Below, in pieces: positions 40,304 through 50,068 of a stretch of DNA of 64,000 nt. The DNA is taken from assembly GCA_964486045.1 (NCBI GenBank), contig CAZALK010000015.1, positions 1 through 64,000 on the forward strand. Reading direction: 5' to 3'. The notes under the pieces were generated by a model. That model saw only the letters and a list, made by a program, of their open reading frames with translations. It was not told where the DNA came from and searched no databases. The position numbers and the translations under genes are program-made. This DNA comes from an uncultured archaeon (GTDB lineage Archaea; Asgardarchaeota; Lokiarchaeia; Sigyniarchaeales; SOKP01). Position 1 is the first letter of the stretch, and every line of letters begins with the position of its first letter.

Positions 40304-42295
40304 TTATCTTTTCAAACGATTTTTAACTTGGTAAATCAATATCACACCTAAAATACCAATCAAAATCCATAATCCAAACACTATAAAGTTATTTAAGATT
40401 TCTGAGTTTCCCTCGGCGTTATTATCGTCATCGTTATTAATAGAATTTCTACTGTACTTAAAAATATAAAGAGTGGTCCATGGTGCGGTATTTCCGGCAT
40501 TATCTTTAGTGCTGATCCTTAAGTAATACCTGCCTGAAGTAACTGCTGGAGGATTATAAATTCTGTTTGTAGTAAAAGAATTGGACGTTCCATTAGGGTT
40601 CAATCCCCAGTAATAATAATAACCCGCAACACCGGTATCGGAATCCACTCCGTCACTCCAAATGAAGAAGGGGTCATCTACATCTCCTTGCCATACATCA
40701 CTTTCGGTTGATTCTGCCAATTGATCGACGGTGAGTGGATTTGTTGGTGCGGTGCCATCATACTTGAACACATAGAGCGTAGTCCATGAAGCGTTATTTC
40801 CTATGTTGTCTTTTGCTTTTACGCGCAAATAATAGGTCCCAGTATTCACGGGTGAAGGTTCAAAATTAGAGACCGTGGTAAAAGAAGAGGATGTTCCATT
40901 TGGTTCGATTCCCCAGTAATAGTAATACCCTGCAACACCCGTGGTGCCATCAAAACCACTACTCCAGCTAAAGGAAGGAGCATTTACTGAATTTTGCCAT
41001 TCCTTACTTATCGTGGAACCAATTAATTGATCACAGGCTATGGGGTTGATAGGAATGTCAGCGTCCACCTTTAGTTTGTAGTCCCAAATAAATTTCCAAT
41101 TGTTATTTTCATTAAATTCATCAATATTGTCATTTGCATCTATAATCCAGCCAACATAGTATTCTCCACTAGGAATAGTGTTAGGCAAAGTCCCAATCCA
41201 ATGTGAATCAGTTGAAACAGTAGGAGAAAGTGAAGAAAGTACATCGGTCCCAATTAAATAATCATCGGTGGAAAAGGTCGTATCTGGTGAGGCGTAGTAT
41301 GATACTGTGAAGGTGTTCGGCGTATTTGTCCCAATATTGCGAACTTTACTCCATACTTCAAAATTAGTTAATCCTGCACCTCCTAATGTTGGTGTGAAAC
41401 CAGCAAAGATATTGCTTTGGGACGTTAAATCTGGCTTATTAGTTGAGCTTGCATCTGCTGTAAGCCAATTCTTAATGCAATCAAATTTGTTTCGATTTAT
41501 CCGTGGTCCATAATTAATATCTAAATCCAGCCTACTATAAGCAACAATAGAGAGAATATAACCGTAAACTCCATCATAAATCCAAACAGGGCTCCCACTT
41601 TGTCCTCCCTCAATATCTAGAAAATACCAATGAATGTATTCACTAGCTAAATCTCCGTTATCATAGTTCCAATACATATTTTCGCCATAATCTAAATCTG
41701 CTGGATAACCTGCAGTATTTAATATCCCAGTATAAGTTGGACTCGAAGGTAGCGTAGTATAGAGCTCCATCCAACCTGTTTGTAAACCAATGTCTCTATC
41801 TAATGTTATAACGGCAAAATCATGTTCCTGTTCTGCATTATTTATCCAATTGGAATAGCTTCGTATATTAATAGCCCATGCATGACCAAATGGTTCATTT
41901 CCATTATCGGCTCCAGGTATTACTTTGACATTGTCAGCCCATCCTCCTCTAGAATGTGAATATACACAATGTCCAGCAGTTAGCACATGATTTTTATCTA
42001 TCATAACACCTGAACCAATATAGATATCTGTCCCCCAGGTCATTGATAGTTTAACAATCGCACTCCAAGGATATGAATTTGTAGCTGTTACTCTTATTCG
42101 ATTATCTTCACCAATAACATTACTACTTAAAAGTCGAGTTTGTTTAGGTTCAACATTTTTATAATTATAAATCCTCCTACCATTGATTAGTGAGGTAGTG
42201 AACATAAGAATCAGAACAAGTGAAAAAACGATCCCCTTCTTACTATGACCTCGCTTTTCCCTTCTTATAATAATGTAATAACCTTTAGCATTCAA
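40304..42295 (-). CDS. Membrane-anchored trypsin-like (V8/glutamyl endopeptidase-like) serine protease with CARDB and two FN3-like repeats
   Basis: LTAGHC, DFAVI, GGQSGSP; IDEFNENNN (CARDB); GVAGYYYYWG x2; C-terminal TM. Confidence 0.9.
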   Translation of the reverse strand: MNAKGYYIIIRREKRGHSKKGIVFSLVLILMFTTSLINGRRIYNYKNVEPKQTRLLSSNVIGEDNRIRVTATNSYPWSAIVKLSMTWGTDIYIGSGVMIDKNHVLTAGHCVYSHSRGGWADNVKVIPGADNGNEPFGHAWAINIRSYSNWINNAEQEHDFAVITLDRDIGLQTGWMELYTTLPSSPTYTGILNTAGYPADLDYGENMYWNYDNGDLASEYIHWYFLDIEGGQSGSPVWIYDGVYGYILSIVAYSRLDLDINYGPRINRNKFDCIKNWLTADASSTNKPDLTSQSNIFAGFTPTLGGAGLTNFEVWSKVRNIGTNTPNTFTVSYYASPDTTFSTDDYLIGTDVLSSLSPTVSTDSHWIGTLPNTIPSGEYYVGWIIDANDNIDEFNENNNWKFIWDYKLKVDADIPINPIACDQLIGSTISKEWQNSVNAPSFSWSSGFDGTTGVAGYYYYWGIEPNGTSSSFTTVSNFEPSPVNTGTYYLRVKAKDNIGNNASWTTLYVFKYDGTAPTNPLTVDQLAESTESDVWQGDVDDPFFIWSDGVDSDTGVAGYYYYWGLNPNGTSNSFTTNRIYNPPAVTSGRYYLRISTKDNAGNTAPWTTLYIFKYSRNSINNDDDNNAEGNSEILNNFIVFGLWILIGILGVILIYQVKNRLKR

Positions 42296-42392
42296 ATTAA
42301 ACTATAAACAAATTTTACAAAGCTTACAGTTTTATCTAGGAAAAAGATTAAAAACTAACCAAAAAAATTAAAAAAAAGGAGGAATTAATTAT

Positions 42393-45300
42393 TTAAGACC
42401 ATTTTCCATAATACTTGTTTCTTTTGCGTTTAGGTTTTTTATTGTCATTATTGTAGGTTGGTTTATCTCTTGTATTATTAATAACCTCTCTATTTCTGTC
42501 TTGAGCCAGTTTATTTTTTACCCATCGTCCACCTTTAATTACTAAAGCAGTTAGAGCAACTGAAATAAAAACCCCACCAATAGCTAGGGGCCACCCATTG
42601 ACCTTAATAGGTTTAATTGGATTAGGAATAGAACCTAGTTCCGATCTAGTATCATATTCAAACAGAAATAGTCCATTTGGATAAAATTTATCAACCAGAG
42701 TCGCTTTAAATGTATAATTTCCTTCAACAACATGATTATAAATTAAACTGAAGCGTGAGTAGTCGTCAAAATCCTCCCGAGTGAAATTCCTAAATTCTAA
42801 ATACTCGTCTTCGAGAGATATTTCCACCTCAACCGTAGCATTATATACAGGTGTAAAACCAGAAAAGAATTTCCTTGAAAAATTGACATATAATTCCGTG
42901 CTTTCATCGTTTTTTATAGGTAAAAATTCAGTATTTAGTTCAAAATTCGTTTGAAAAGAGACAGGATATTGACCTATAATCTTCGAATAATCGTAAATCA
43001 CTAATGTCCCCTCAACGACTGGAAAGAACGTAGGGTCTTCAGGCACCATGAAATTAATCTGGTATGAGCCATCGAATTGTTTTTCTAGGTTTAAAATCCC
43101 GAACTGTTCACTTTCAAAGGTCACAGAAGTTAATCGTCCGTATTCAGTGAAAATTAAGTTGCTAAATCGAGCGATGATTGAATTTACATTTCCTAGTTCA
43201 ACTGAATCCTTATAGCTGCATTGAATATATATATTATCGTTTCTTGCCATTTCAGATATCCAAAGAAAAATCTCTTGATCAATTTTTTTATAATCTGTAC
43301 TTAGATAAAATTCATTAAATTCCTCTGAATATAGCTTTCTGATTAAGTTACTAGTCTGGTTCACATCAAAATGAATGTTTAAGCCCAATATATCATTGAT
43401 CTTATAGCAGTAATATACATTTTGGATATTACTATAATCTACATTTTGGAGTATAAATTTTGTTATGTTATTTTTGTCTAGGGAGAACAGGTTAAGTGCT
43501 TTTAGGATGTATACCATATAATAATTATGTTCTAAAATTATTTCGGGAGCAGTTTCATCATGGGGGTTAAAATATACCATATCATTAAAAATGTGCATAT
43601 TACGAGCGATATATCCATATAACGCACCTTTATTAAATGATAAGTCAGCGGTATTTCCGAGATTAAGAAACTCAACAAGTAATTCTAAAGTTTTGATGGC
43701 ATAATAGCTATATTCAAAATGTATATTGTCATTTTGGAATTCAGGTGTTCCTCTAGTAAAAGTAGCAAGCGGTAAAAATGTTCCATACGTTTCAAAATTA
43801 TTATCTAGAAATTGTGAATCGACGATACTATCAACCAAGTCCATTAAATTATAATCGAGCGCAAAATCATCTAATTTAAATAATTTTTTTAGCGAGTCGA
43901 GTGCTTTGAAAGTGAATTTATGGTTAAAAAGATAATTATTTGTACTGTAGTATTCAATGGGGCGAGATCTAAAACTAATGTAACTCACATCCATATCTGT
44001 GCTTCCAGTAAATCCATACAAATTAAAATAGTCGTCTTCTTTGTATGACTTTTCGATTGTAGAATAAAGTCCTAGAACGTCGAGATCTGAAATCCTGTTA
44101 AATAAATCAAACGAATTTACTACAGTGTTTATTAAATCATTGGACATATAATCGATTGAAAGAAGGGAGTATCCGTTATATTGTTGAAATAAATCCATAG
44201 AGCTTGCTATCTGATCCCTTTCTTGTAAGGTTAATTGAGGGATTTCTCCAGATTCTTTTAAGCAGCGAATAATTTGAAAAGTATCAATTAATTCATGGTA
44301 ACTAACTGTAGTTGATTCATCCCATATACCCCATGAATTGCGATTATTTAGAATGAATGTAATAACATTATTTCGACTAATTGTTGTAAATCCTGTAATC
44401 TGAGAGAGATCCAATCCTATAGCTGTAGCTATTAAATTAGTAAAATCATTATTGGTAAAATGTAGTGACATCCTAAAAAAGTAAGACGTTTGTTCATACA
44501 AGGAATCAAGAAATTGATTAAAATTATCAGAGTTGATAGTATTTTCCATCCCAAATATCTCTAAACTTTTAATACAGTAGTAAGAAGATAATAAATTAGG
44601 TTCAAAAAGGGGTGGTATCAGAGTATCAAAACTTGTATCATTATCATTGTAAAATCCACCAAATTTCCAGTTGGCATTGTTTGTAATTTGTAGAGAATTA
44701 ATGTATTGAATTATCTCATTTTTTTCTTGGTTATACGCCACCCAACTCCCCATCAACAAATTTAAAGTTTTTACAGCAAAATAGGTATTGTCCATTGTTG
44801 AAACTTTTCGTTTACTGTATAGAAGTGAATCATAGGTCTGCCCAATAAATCCTGAACTTATTGGATTATAACAACTCCAGATAAAATTAATCGATTCTTG
44901 AACATCTATCAAATCTAATCTATTTAGGATATTTAACGATAAGATTGCATAACAGTTGATTTCCAAGACAGAAGTCAAAGAATAATAGGATGTTGAAAAA
45001 TCCGTTTCTAAATACCTCTTGGAATAATCATCCATAAATATATTTGAATTTTCATCATAATGGGACATAATATAATTCAGTATTTTCGTTTGGTTGATTA
45101 TATTCAGGTATCCGACAGCATCAAGAGTATATAGGGCATAATAAGTGGCTTGTAAGGAGACCTCATAAATTTGAGAAAAATAGCCTTGTGTTTGATATTC
45201 TAGAAGTTTCTCTCCAATAATCTCTTCGATTATCTCATAATTGCTTTTCGAGCTAGAAGTTAATGGTTGCGTGGTTAAATCAGCAAGGTTTTGGTTTTTT

Positions 45301-45416
45301 TGGTGAATTTCCTGATCCTTTTGAAGATAATTATTATTATCTACTTGAACTCGAAATATGGAAGAGATTATCAATAGAATTGTACAACCAATCAAAATTT
45401 TCTTATAGTTCTTCAT
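42393..45416 (-). CDS. Secreted prenyltransferase/squalene-oxidase-repeat (alpha/alpha barrel) protein with C-terminal TM
   Basis: Repeated TY(Y/F)A..L..L and GGF motifs; signal-like N-terminus; TM plus basic tail. Confidence 0.75.
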   Translation of the reverse strand: MKNYKKILIGCTILLIISSIFRVQVDNNNYLQKDQEIHQKNQNLADLTTQPLTSSSKSNYEIIEEIIGEKLLEYQTQGYFSQIYEVSLQATYYALYTLDAVGYLNIINQTKILNYIMSHYDENSNIFMDDYSKRYLETDFSTSYYSLTSVLEINCYAILSLNILNRLDLIDVQESINFIWSCYNPISSGFIGQTYDSLLYSKRKVSTMDNTYFAVKTLNLLMGSWVAYNQEKNEIIQYINSLQITNNANWKFGGFYNDNDTSFDTLIPPLFEPNLLSSYYCIKSLEIFGMENTINSDNFNQFLDSLYEQTSYFFRMSLHFTNNDFTNLIATAIGLDLSQITGFTTISRNNVITFILNNRNSWGIWDESTTVSYHELIDTFQIIRCLKESGEIPQLTLQERDQIASSMDLFQQYNGYSLLSIDYMSNDLINTVVNSFDLFNRISDLDVLGLYSTIEKSYKEDDYFNLYGFTGSTDMDVSYISFRSRPIEYYSTNNYLFNHKFTFKALDSLKKLFKLDDFALDYNLMDLVDSIVDSQFLDNNFETYGTFLPLATFTRGTPEFQNDNIHFEYSYYAIKTLELLVEFLNLGNTADLSFNKGALYGYIARNMHIFNDMVYFNPHDETAPEIILEHNYYMVYILKALNLFSLDKNNITKFILQNVDYSNIQNVYYCYKINDILGLNIHFDVNQTSNLIRKLYSEEFNEFYLSTDYKKIDQEIFLWISEMARNDNIYIQCSYKDSVELGNVNSIIARFSNLIFTEYGRLTSVTFESEQFGILNLEKQFDGSYQINFMVPEDPTFFPVVEGTLVIYDYSKIIGQYPVSFQTNFELNTEFLPIKNDESTELYVNFSRKFFSGFTPVYNATVEVEISLEDEYLEFRNFTREDFDDYSRFSLIYNHVVEGNYTFKATLVDKFYPNGLFLFEYDTRSELGSIPNPIKPIKVNGWPLAIGGVFISVALTALVIKGGRWVKNKLAQDRNREVINNTRDKPTYNNDNKKPKRKRNKYYGKWS

Positions 45417-45481
45417 TGTTTTTTCATCATTTTATTAGTTTTATTTCATTAATTTCATAAACATATTTAAAAGAAAAATTA

Positions 45482-45829
45482 TCAAATAGCATCAAAAAGT
45501 CCGAGCACCCCAGCAGCTAACACTGCAACACCCCCCAACAAGAAACTAAAGCTAATAAGTAAGATACTAAGTAACAATAGAACTAACCAATGCCACGGTA
45601 TAGGATCATTGGGTTTAAACGCAGCTAACAACGTTAAAGAAGCAAAGAACATCCCCAGAACATAACCAAAAAATCCATTGAGTTGGACAAGTTGGTTGAA
45701 TAATGTGAATATATTATTAAAGGAGAATGCCATATAAGTTATTTGATAAGCGCCGTATACAAATCCACCAAAACCTCCTACGATTGTTAAGACTTTTATT
45801 ATCTTATTGTGTTTATAATATTTATCCAT
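45482..45829 (-). CDS. Small multi-pass membrane protein
   Basis: 3-4 hydrophobic helices; SD AGGTGG 6 nt before ATG. Confidence 0.8.
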   Translation of the reverse strand: MDKYYKHNKIIKVLTIVGGFGGFVYGAYQITYMAFSFNNIFTLFNQLVQLNGFFGYVLGMFFASLTLLAAFKPNDPIPWHWLVLLLLSILLISFSFLLGGVAVLAAGVLGLFDAI

Positions 45830-45848
45830 CTTGTACCACCTTCCTATT

Positions 45849-46472
45849 TCATTCTAATTGATAATCAATTATTTTTGCTTTCAAGAATGCCAATTTTTCT
45901 TCTAAAAGGTGCTTAGAGTTGTCATTTTCCGTAATTTTCTCTTTTAAATCATTTTTAGTGATTAACTTTTTAGCTCTTTCTGTAATTAGTTGAATGCGCT
46001 TATCTTCAAAATTAATAACTTCCTCTTTTAATTCTTGAAAATATGAGTGTGCTAAAGATTTCAAATCTTCAAAATTACTTATAATATTAATAATCTTCTG
46101 GAGATAATGTCCCTTGGTTAGTTCGTAAGATTCGGAGTCAATATGCCCTTTTTTTTTCTCTCTATTAAGATTTACAATAAATTGGTTATTTTGTTTTAAG
46201 AGTTTAGATAGATTGAATACATTATTCCAATTTTTTACTTGTGATATGACATTTCTATATTTTGCATCGTTTTCAGTAATAATTATTTTCAGAGCTTCAA
46301 ACTTGTGTTTAATCTTTGTGTGATCTTCAGATTTTAACAATTTTTCAATAGATTTTAATTTGGAATTCAGCCTTTTTCTAATTTTTCTCAGTCTATAAAT
46401 TTCAAATAATAGATCTAATTGATTTAAATGTTCAAATTTTTGAATGGGCTCATTTAATTTTATTTCGGTCAT
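45849..46472 (-). CDS. Coiled-coil protein, CdvA-like coiled-coil pattern
   Basis: KGHIDSESY..~50-aa heptads..LITKNDL helical-hairpin signature. Confidence 0.55.
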   Translation of the reverse strand: MTEIKLNEPIQKFEHLNQLDLLFEIYRLRKIRKRLNSKLKSIEKLLKSEDHTKIKHKFEALKIIITENDAKYRNVISQVKNWNNVFNLSKLLKQNNQFIVNLNREKKKGHIDSESYELTKGHYLQKIINIISNFEDLKSLAHSYFQELKEEVINFEDKRIQLITERAKKLITKNDLKEKITENDNSKHLLEEKLAFLKAKIIDYQLE

Positions 46473-46655
46473 TTTTTCGTTTAAAAATATTTTAGTTGAA
46501 GCAGAAAAATTTCAGAGTATTTAAACAAAAAAATTGAGGTAGTTACATAACTTAGTGATAGGATTTAAATCTCTCAAATTTTCTTCCTTCATAAGGTCTA
46601 CTTAATTTTTAACAATCCATATCTTTCTTTCTTCATTTAACTTAGTATCTTTAAC

Positions 46656-46698
46656 CATTGCTATTAGAAGACTCAATAAATTATATAATATAGCAATG
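46656..46698. promoter_or_regulatory. 9-bp inverted repeat enclosing a TATA-like box in a divergent intergenic region
   Basis: CATTGCTAT (46656-46664) and ATAGCAATG (46690-46698), with TTATATAA between them. Confidence 0.45.
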
Positions 46699-46766
46699 TG
46701 ACAAAAAGGTTTAAATGAGAAAGTCGATTATAGAATTAATATAATTTATCTTCAGCGATAAAAATT

Positions 46767-49700
46767 ATGACAAAAATGCATTATAAGCTTAAAATCGTTG
46801 GCTCCATACTGCTATTCTTATTTATATTTAGCAGTGTTCCTCAATTTTTCTTACATGAAATTAATAATAATTCTATAAAGGGGGAAACCGACAAGAATTC
46901 AGAAGAATTAAAATTATCTGCGACATATTGGACGACAACTGAGGTAGTCTCCACCGAGAGTACAGATCCTTCTATGAACCCAACGATTACTGTGGATGGT
47001 AACGGGAACGTGCACGTGGCATGGCATGACTTAACGAATTATAGTGGTTCTGAAACGGATCAGGACATATTTTACAAGCAATGGAACTCCACTAGTAACA
47101 TGTGGACAACAACCGAGGTAATCTCCACCGAGAGTACTCTTGATTCTAAGGCTCCCACAATTGTAGTGGACAGTGTCGGGAACGTGTATGTTGCATGGTC
47201 TGATTTAACGAACTATAGTGATTCAGGAACGGATCGGGACATATTTTACAAGCAATGGAACGCCACTAACAGCATGTGGACAACAACCGAAGTGATCTCC
47301 ACCGAGAGTACAATTGATTCTGAGGCCCCCACCATTGGGGTGGACGTTACTGGGAATATACACATAGCGTGGTTTGATTTAACGAACTATAGCGGTTCGG
47401 AAACGGATCGGGACATATTTTATAAGCAATGGAATGCCACTAGCAGCACGTGGACAACAACCGAGGTGATTTCCACCGAGAGTACTGAAGATTCTTATAC
47501 TCCCACGATTGCGGTGGACGGTATCGGGAACGTGCATGTCGCATGGTATGATTATACGAACTATAGTGATTCGGGAACTGATTGGGACATATTTTACAAG
47601 CAATGGAACTCTACTAGCAGCATGTGGACCACGACCGAGGTAGTCTCTACCGAGAGTAATGGTGGTTCCTATTCCCCTACGATTGTGGTGGACAGTGTCG
47701 GGAATGCGCATGTTGTATGGGGTGATACGACGAATTATAGTGGGTCGGGAACGGAATATGACACATTTTACAAGCGATGGAACGCTACTAGCAGTATATG
47801 GACCATGACCGAGGTGGTATCTACCGAGAGCACGGGAAATTCTTATATGTCTACGATTATGATGGACGGTGCTGGGAATGCACATGTTACGTGGGACGAT
47901 TATACAGATTTTGCCGGAGCTGGATGGGATCGGGACATCTTTTACAAGCAATGGAACGCCACTAGCAGCACGTGGACAACAACCGAGGTGATCTCCACGG
48001 AGAGTATGGATGATTCTTATTTTTCTACGATCGCGGTGGACGGTACTGGGTATGTGCACGTCGCGTGGTGCGATCTAACATATTACGACGGGGCGGGATG
48101 GGATTATGACATATTTTATAAACGAATGAAACTCCTTCGCCAAATTACGATTAATTCCCCAAGTCAAAATGACCTTTTAGCAAGTGTAGCCCCAAATTTC
48201 AATATTACTGTAATAATTTCTAATTTAGATACTATGTGGTATACTTTAGATGGTGGGATAATCAATATAACATTTAGTGGATTAACTGGAACAATTGACC
48301 AAACAGAGTGGAATAAGAAAGGTGATGGCCCTGTTATAATTAGATTTTATGGAAATGATACTATTGGTTTTGAAGTGTATGATGAAGTGACTGTTATTAA
48401 AAGCGTTCCGATTCCTAGTATTATTTCCCCAGAAAATAAAACTTACACCGCTCCGATGAGTGGGTATTACCCTGCAACATTTGGATTTGAAAATGATTTA
48501 AATGGCACCATTCCGGAAGGTTGGTATCAAGTTTTAACATATGGGGGAAGTTCTGAAATCTTAAATGAATATACCAATCATTTTAAGGTAGTTTCTCTTT
48601 ATGATTATAATTCTACAGATCAGATAGATATTATTCACAATTTTACTCAACAAATTTCGGGAGACATCGAATTTTATTTTTACACTAATGATTCTTTTCA
48701 GAGGTTTCATATCTGTATTTCCGAAGATATAAGTGGACTTGTTGATGGTATTTATTTAGATGTTGTTGATGGTAAGGTTACATACAGAGTAGGGCCTGGA
48801 ATTGGTACATGGTATGACATAACTACGCTTTCAAATAACACATGGCACCACTTTTTAATTCAATTTGATTCCACACTTGATAAATTTTGGTTAACACTTG
48901 ATGGGGTAGTATATGGGGGTGTAGGTGGTTTTGATTATCGCATTCCTACTTCAAATTTAAAATCAATTATGTTCAGGAGTGGGACACCGGAATCAAATTT
49001 TAGGGTTTATCTTGATGCGATTAGTTTTTCATGGGATCCTAATTATAATGTTGGTGATAATTTAAATGAAGGTTTATTGCTAAGCTTTGAGAATACTACT
49101 ACACTTGATTGGATTAGCTATTCCTTAGATAATCAACCTAGTAGAACTATATTAGGAAATGCAACTGTTTCAATGCCGGAAGATGGAGTCCATACAATTC
49201 AAGTTTTTGGCAACGACTCAGTAGGAAATTTGTTTCAATCTAATGTGAGATATTTTTCAGTTGATACTAGATCACCACAAATAACTATTAAATCACCAAA
49301 CCAGATTGACTTTTTCGGAACTTTTGTACCCAGTTTTGAAATTGCTATCGTAGAACCTAATTTGAATACTATCTGGTACACACTAGACGATGGGTTGATA
49401 AACAAAACCTTTACCGGATTAAACGGAACAATCGACCAAACAGAATGGGATAAGAAAGGTCACGGAGCTGTAACTATAAGGTTTTATGCTAATGATTCCT
49501 TTGGGAGAGTTGGGTATACGGAAGTGGTTATTAATAAAGATTTAACTCCGCCAACATCTTTAGTTTCTTTCTTTCCCCATAGGGGAATAAATGAAGTAAA
49601 CACATCCACAACATATATTTTAACGGCTGATGATGGATTAGGATCTGGAGTTTCAATAATTAGGTACAAAATAAATAATTCTACTTGGGCGGATTACACT

Positions 49701-49922
49701 GGTCCTTTTGATTTATCTAGTTATGAATATGGATATTATTATATTTCCTACTACGCAATTGATTTAGTGAATAATATTGAAACTGACAATACTCTTTTAG
49801 TTTTATTGGTAAAATTACATAGTGAACAGGTCGTGCCAGGATATCATACGTTTCTGCTGATTGGTATAATATGTGTGGTTTCTGTAATTCTCATTAAAAA
49901 GCGTAATAAAAACAATCTATGA
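46767..49922 (+). CDS. Cell-surface protein: 7-bladed beta-propeller, Ig-like and LamG-like domains, Loki-CTERM anchor
   Basis: 7 x 58-aa WTTTEVVSTES..GNVHVAW.D..DIFYK repeats; C-terminus VPGYHTFLLIGIICVVSVILIKKR. Confidence 0.88.
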   Translation: MTKMHYKLKIVGSILLFLFIFSSVPQFFLHEINNNSIKGETDKNSEELKLSATYWTTTEVVSTESTDPSMNPTITVDGNGNVHVAWHDLTNYSGSETDQDIFYKQWNSTSNMWTTTEVISTESTLDSKAPTIVVDSVGNVYVAWSDLTNYSDSGTDRDIFYKQWNATNSMWTTTEVISTESTIDSEAPTIGVDVTGNIHIAWFDLTNYSGSETDRDIFYKQWNATSSTWTTTEVISTESTEDSYTPTIAVDGIGNVHVAWYDYTNYSDSGTDWDIFYKQWNSTSSMWTTTEVVSTESNGGSYSPTIVVDSVGNAHVVWGDTTNYSGSGTEYDTFYKRWNATSSIWTMTEVVSTESTGNSYMSTIMMDGAGNAHVTWDDYTDFAGAGWDRDIFYKQWNATSSTWTTTEVISTESMDDSYFSTIAVDGTGYVHVAWCDLTYYDGAGWDYDIFYKRMKLLRQITINSPSQNDLLASVAPNFNITVIISNLDTMWYTLDGGIINITFSGLTGTIDQTEWNKKGDGPVIIRFYGNDTIGFEVYDEVTVIKSVPIPSIISPENKTYTAPMSGYYPATFGFENDLNGTIPEGWYQVLTYGGSSEILNEYTNHFKVVSLYDYNSTDQIDIIHNFTQQISGDIEFYFYTNDSFQRFHICISEDISGLVDGIYLDVVDGKVTYRVGPGIGTWYDITTLSNNTWHHFLIQFDSTLDKFWLTLDGVVYGGVGGFDYRIPTSNLKSIMFRSGTPESNFRVYLDAISFSWDPNYNVGDNLNEGLLLSFENTTTLDWISYSLDNQPSRTILGNATVSMPEDGVHTIQVFGNDSVGNLFQSNVRYFSVDTRSPQITIKSPNQIDFFGTFVPSFEIAIVEPNLNTIWYTLDDGLINKTFTGLNGTIDQTEWDKKGHGAVTIRFYANDSFGRVGYTEVVINKDLTPPTSLVSFFPHRGINEVNTSTTYILTADDGLGSGVSIIRYKINNSTWADYTGPFDLSSYEYGYYYISYYAIDLVNNIETDNTLLVLLVKLHSEQVVPGYHTFLLIGIICVVSVILIKKRNKNNL
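46929..48125 (+). repeat. Seven 174-bp tandem repeats (propeller blades)
   Basis: Trp codons at 46929, 47103 and so on; near-identical DNA blocks such as GGACATATTTTACAAGCAATGGAAC. Confidence 0.93.
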
Positions 49923-50068
49923 TTTTTTTTATATCTCATTTCTTTATATTAAAAAAAAGAAGAGGGAGAAAATTTTTATATAAAAATGGAAATGATTAAT
50001 TAAGTTAAGACAAAAAATTTAGAAAATTCATTTAAAATTTACTAAAAGATAAAAATAAGAGAAAGAAA

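Noticed and set aside
47379-48059. 226-aa antisense ORF with repeats (also 50414..50659 and 50954..51337)
   Set aside because: Shadow frames of the GC-richer propeller repeats.
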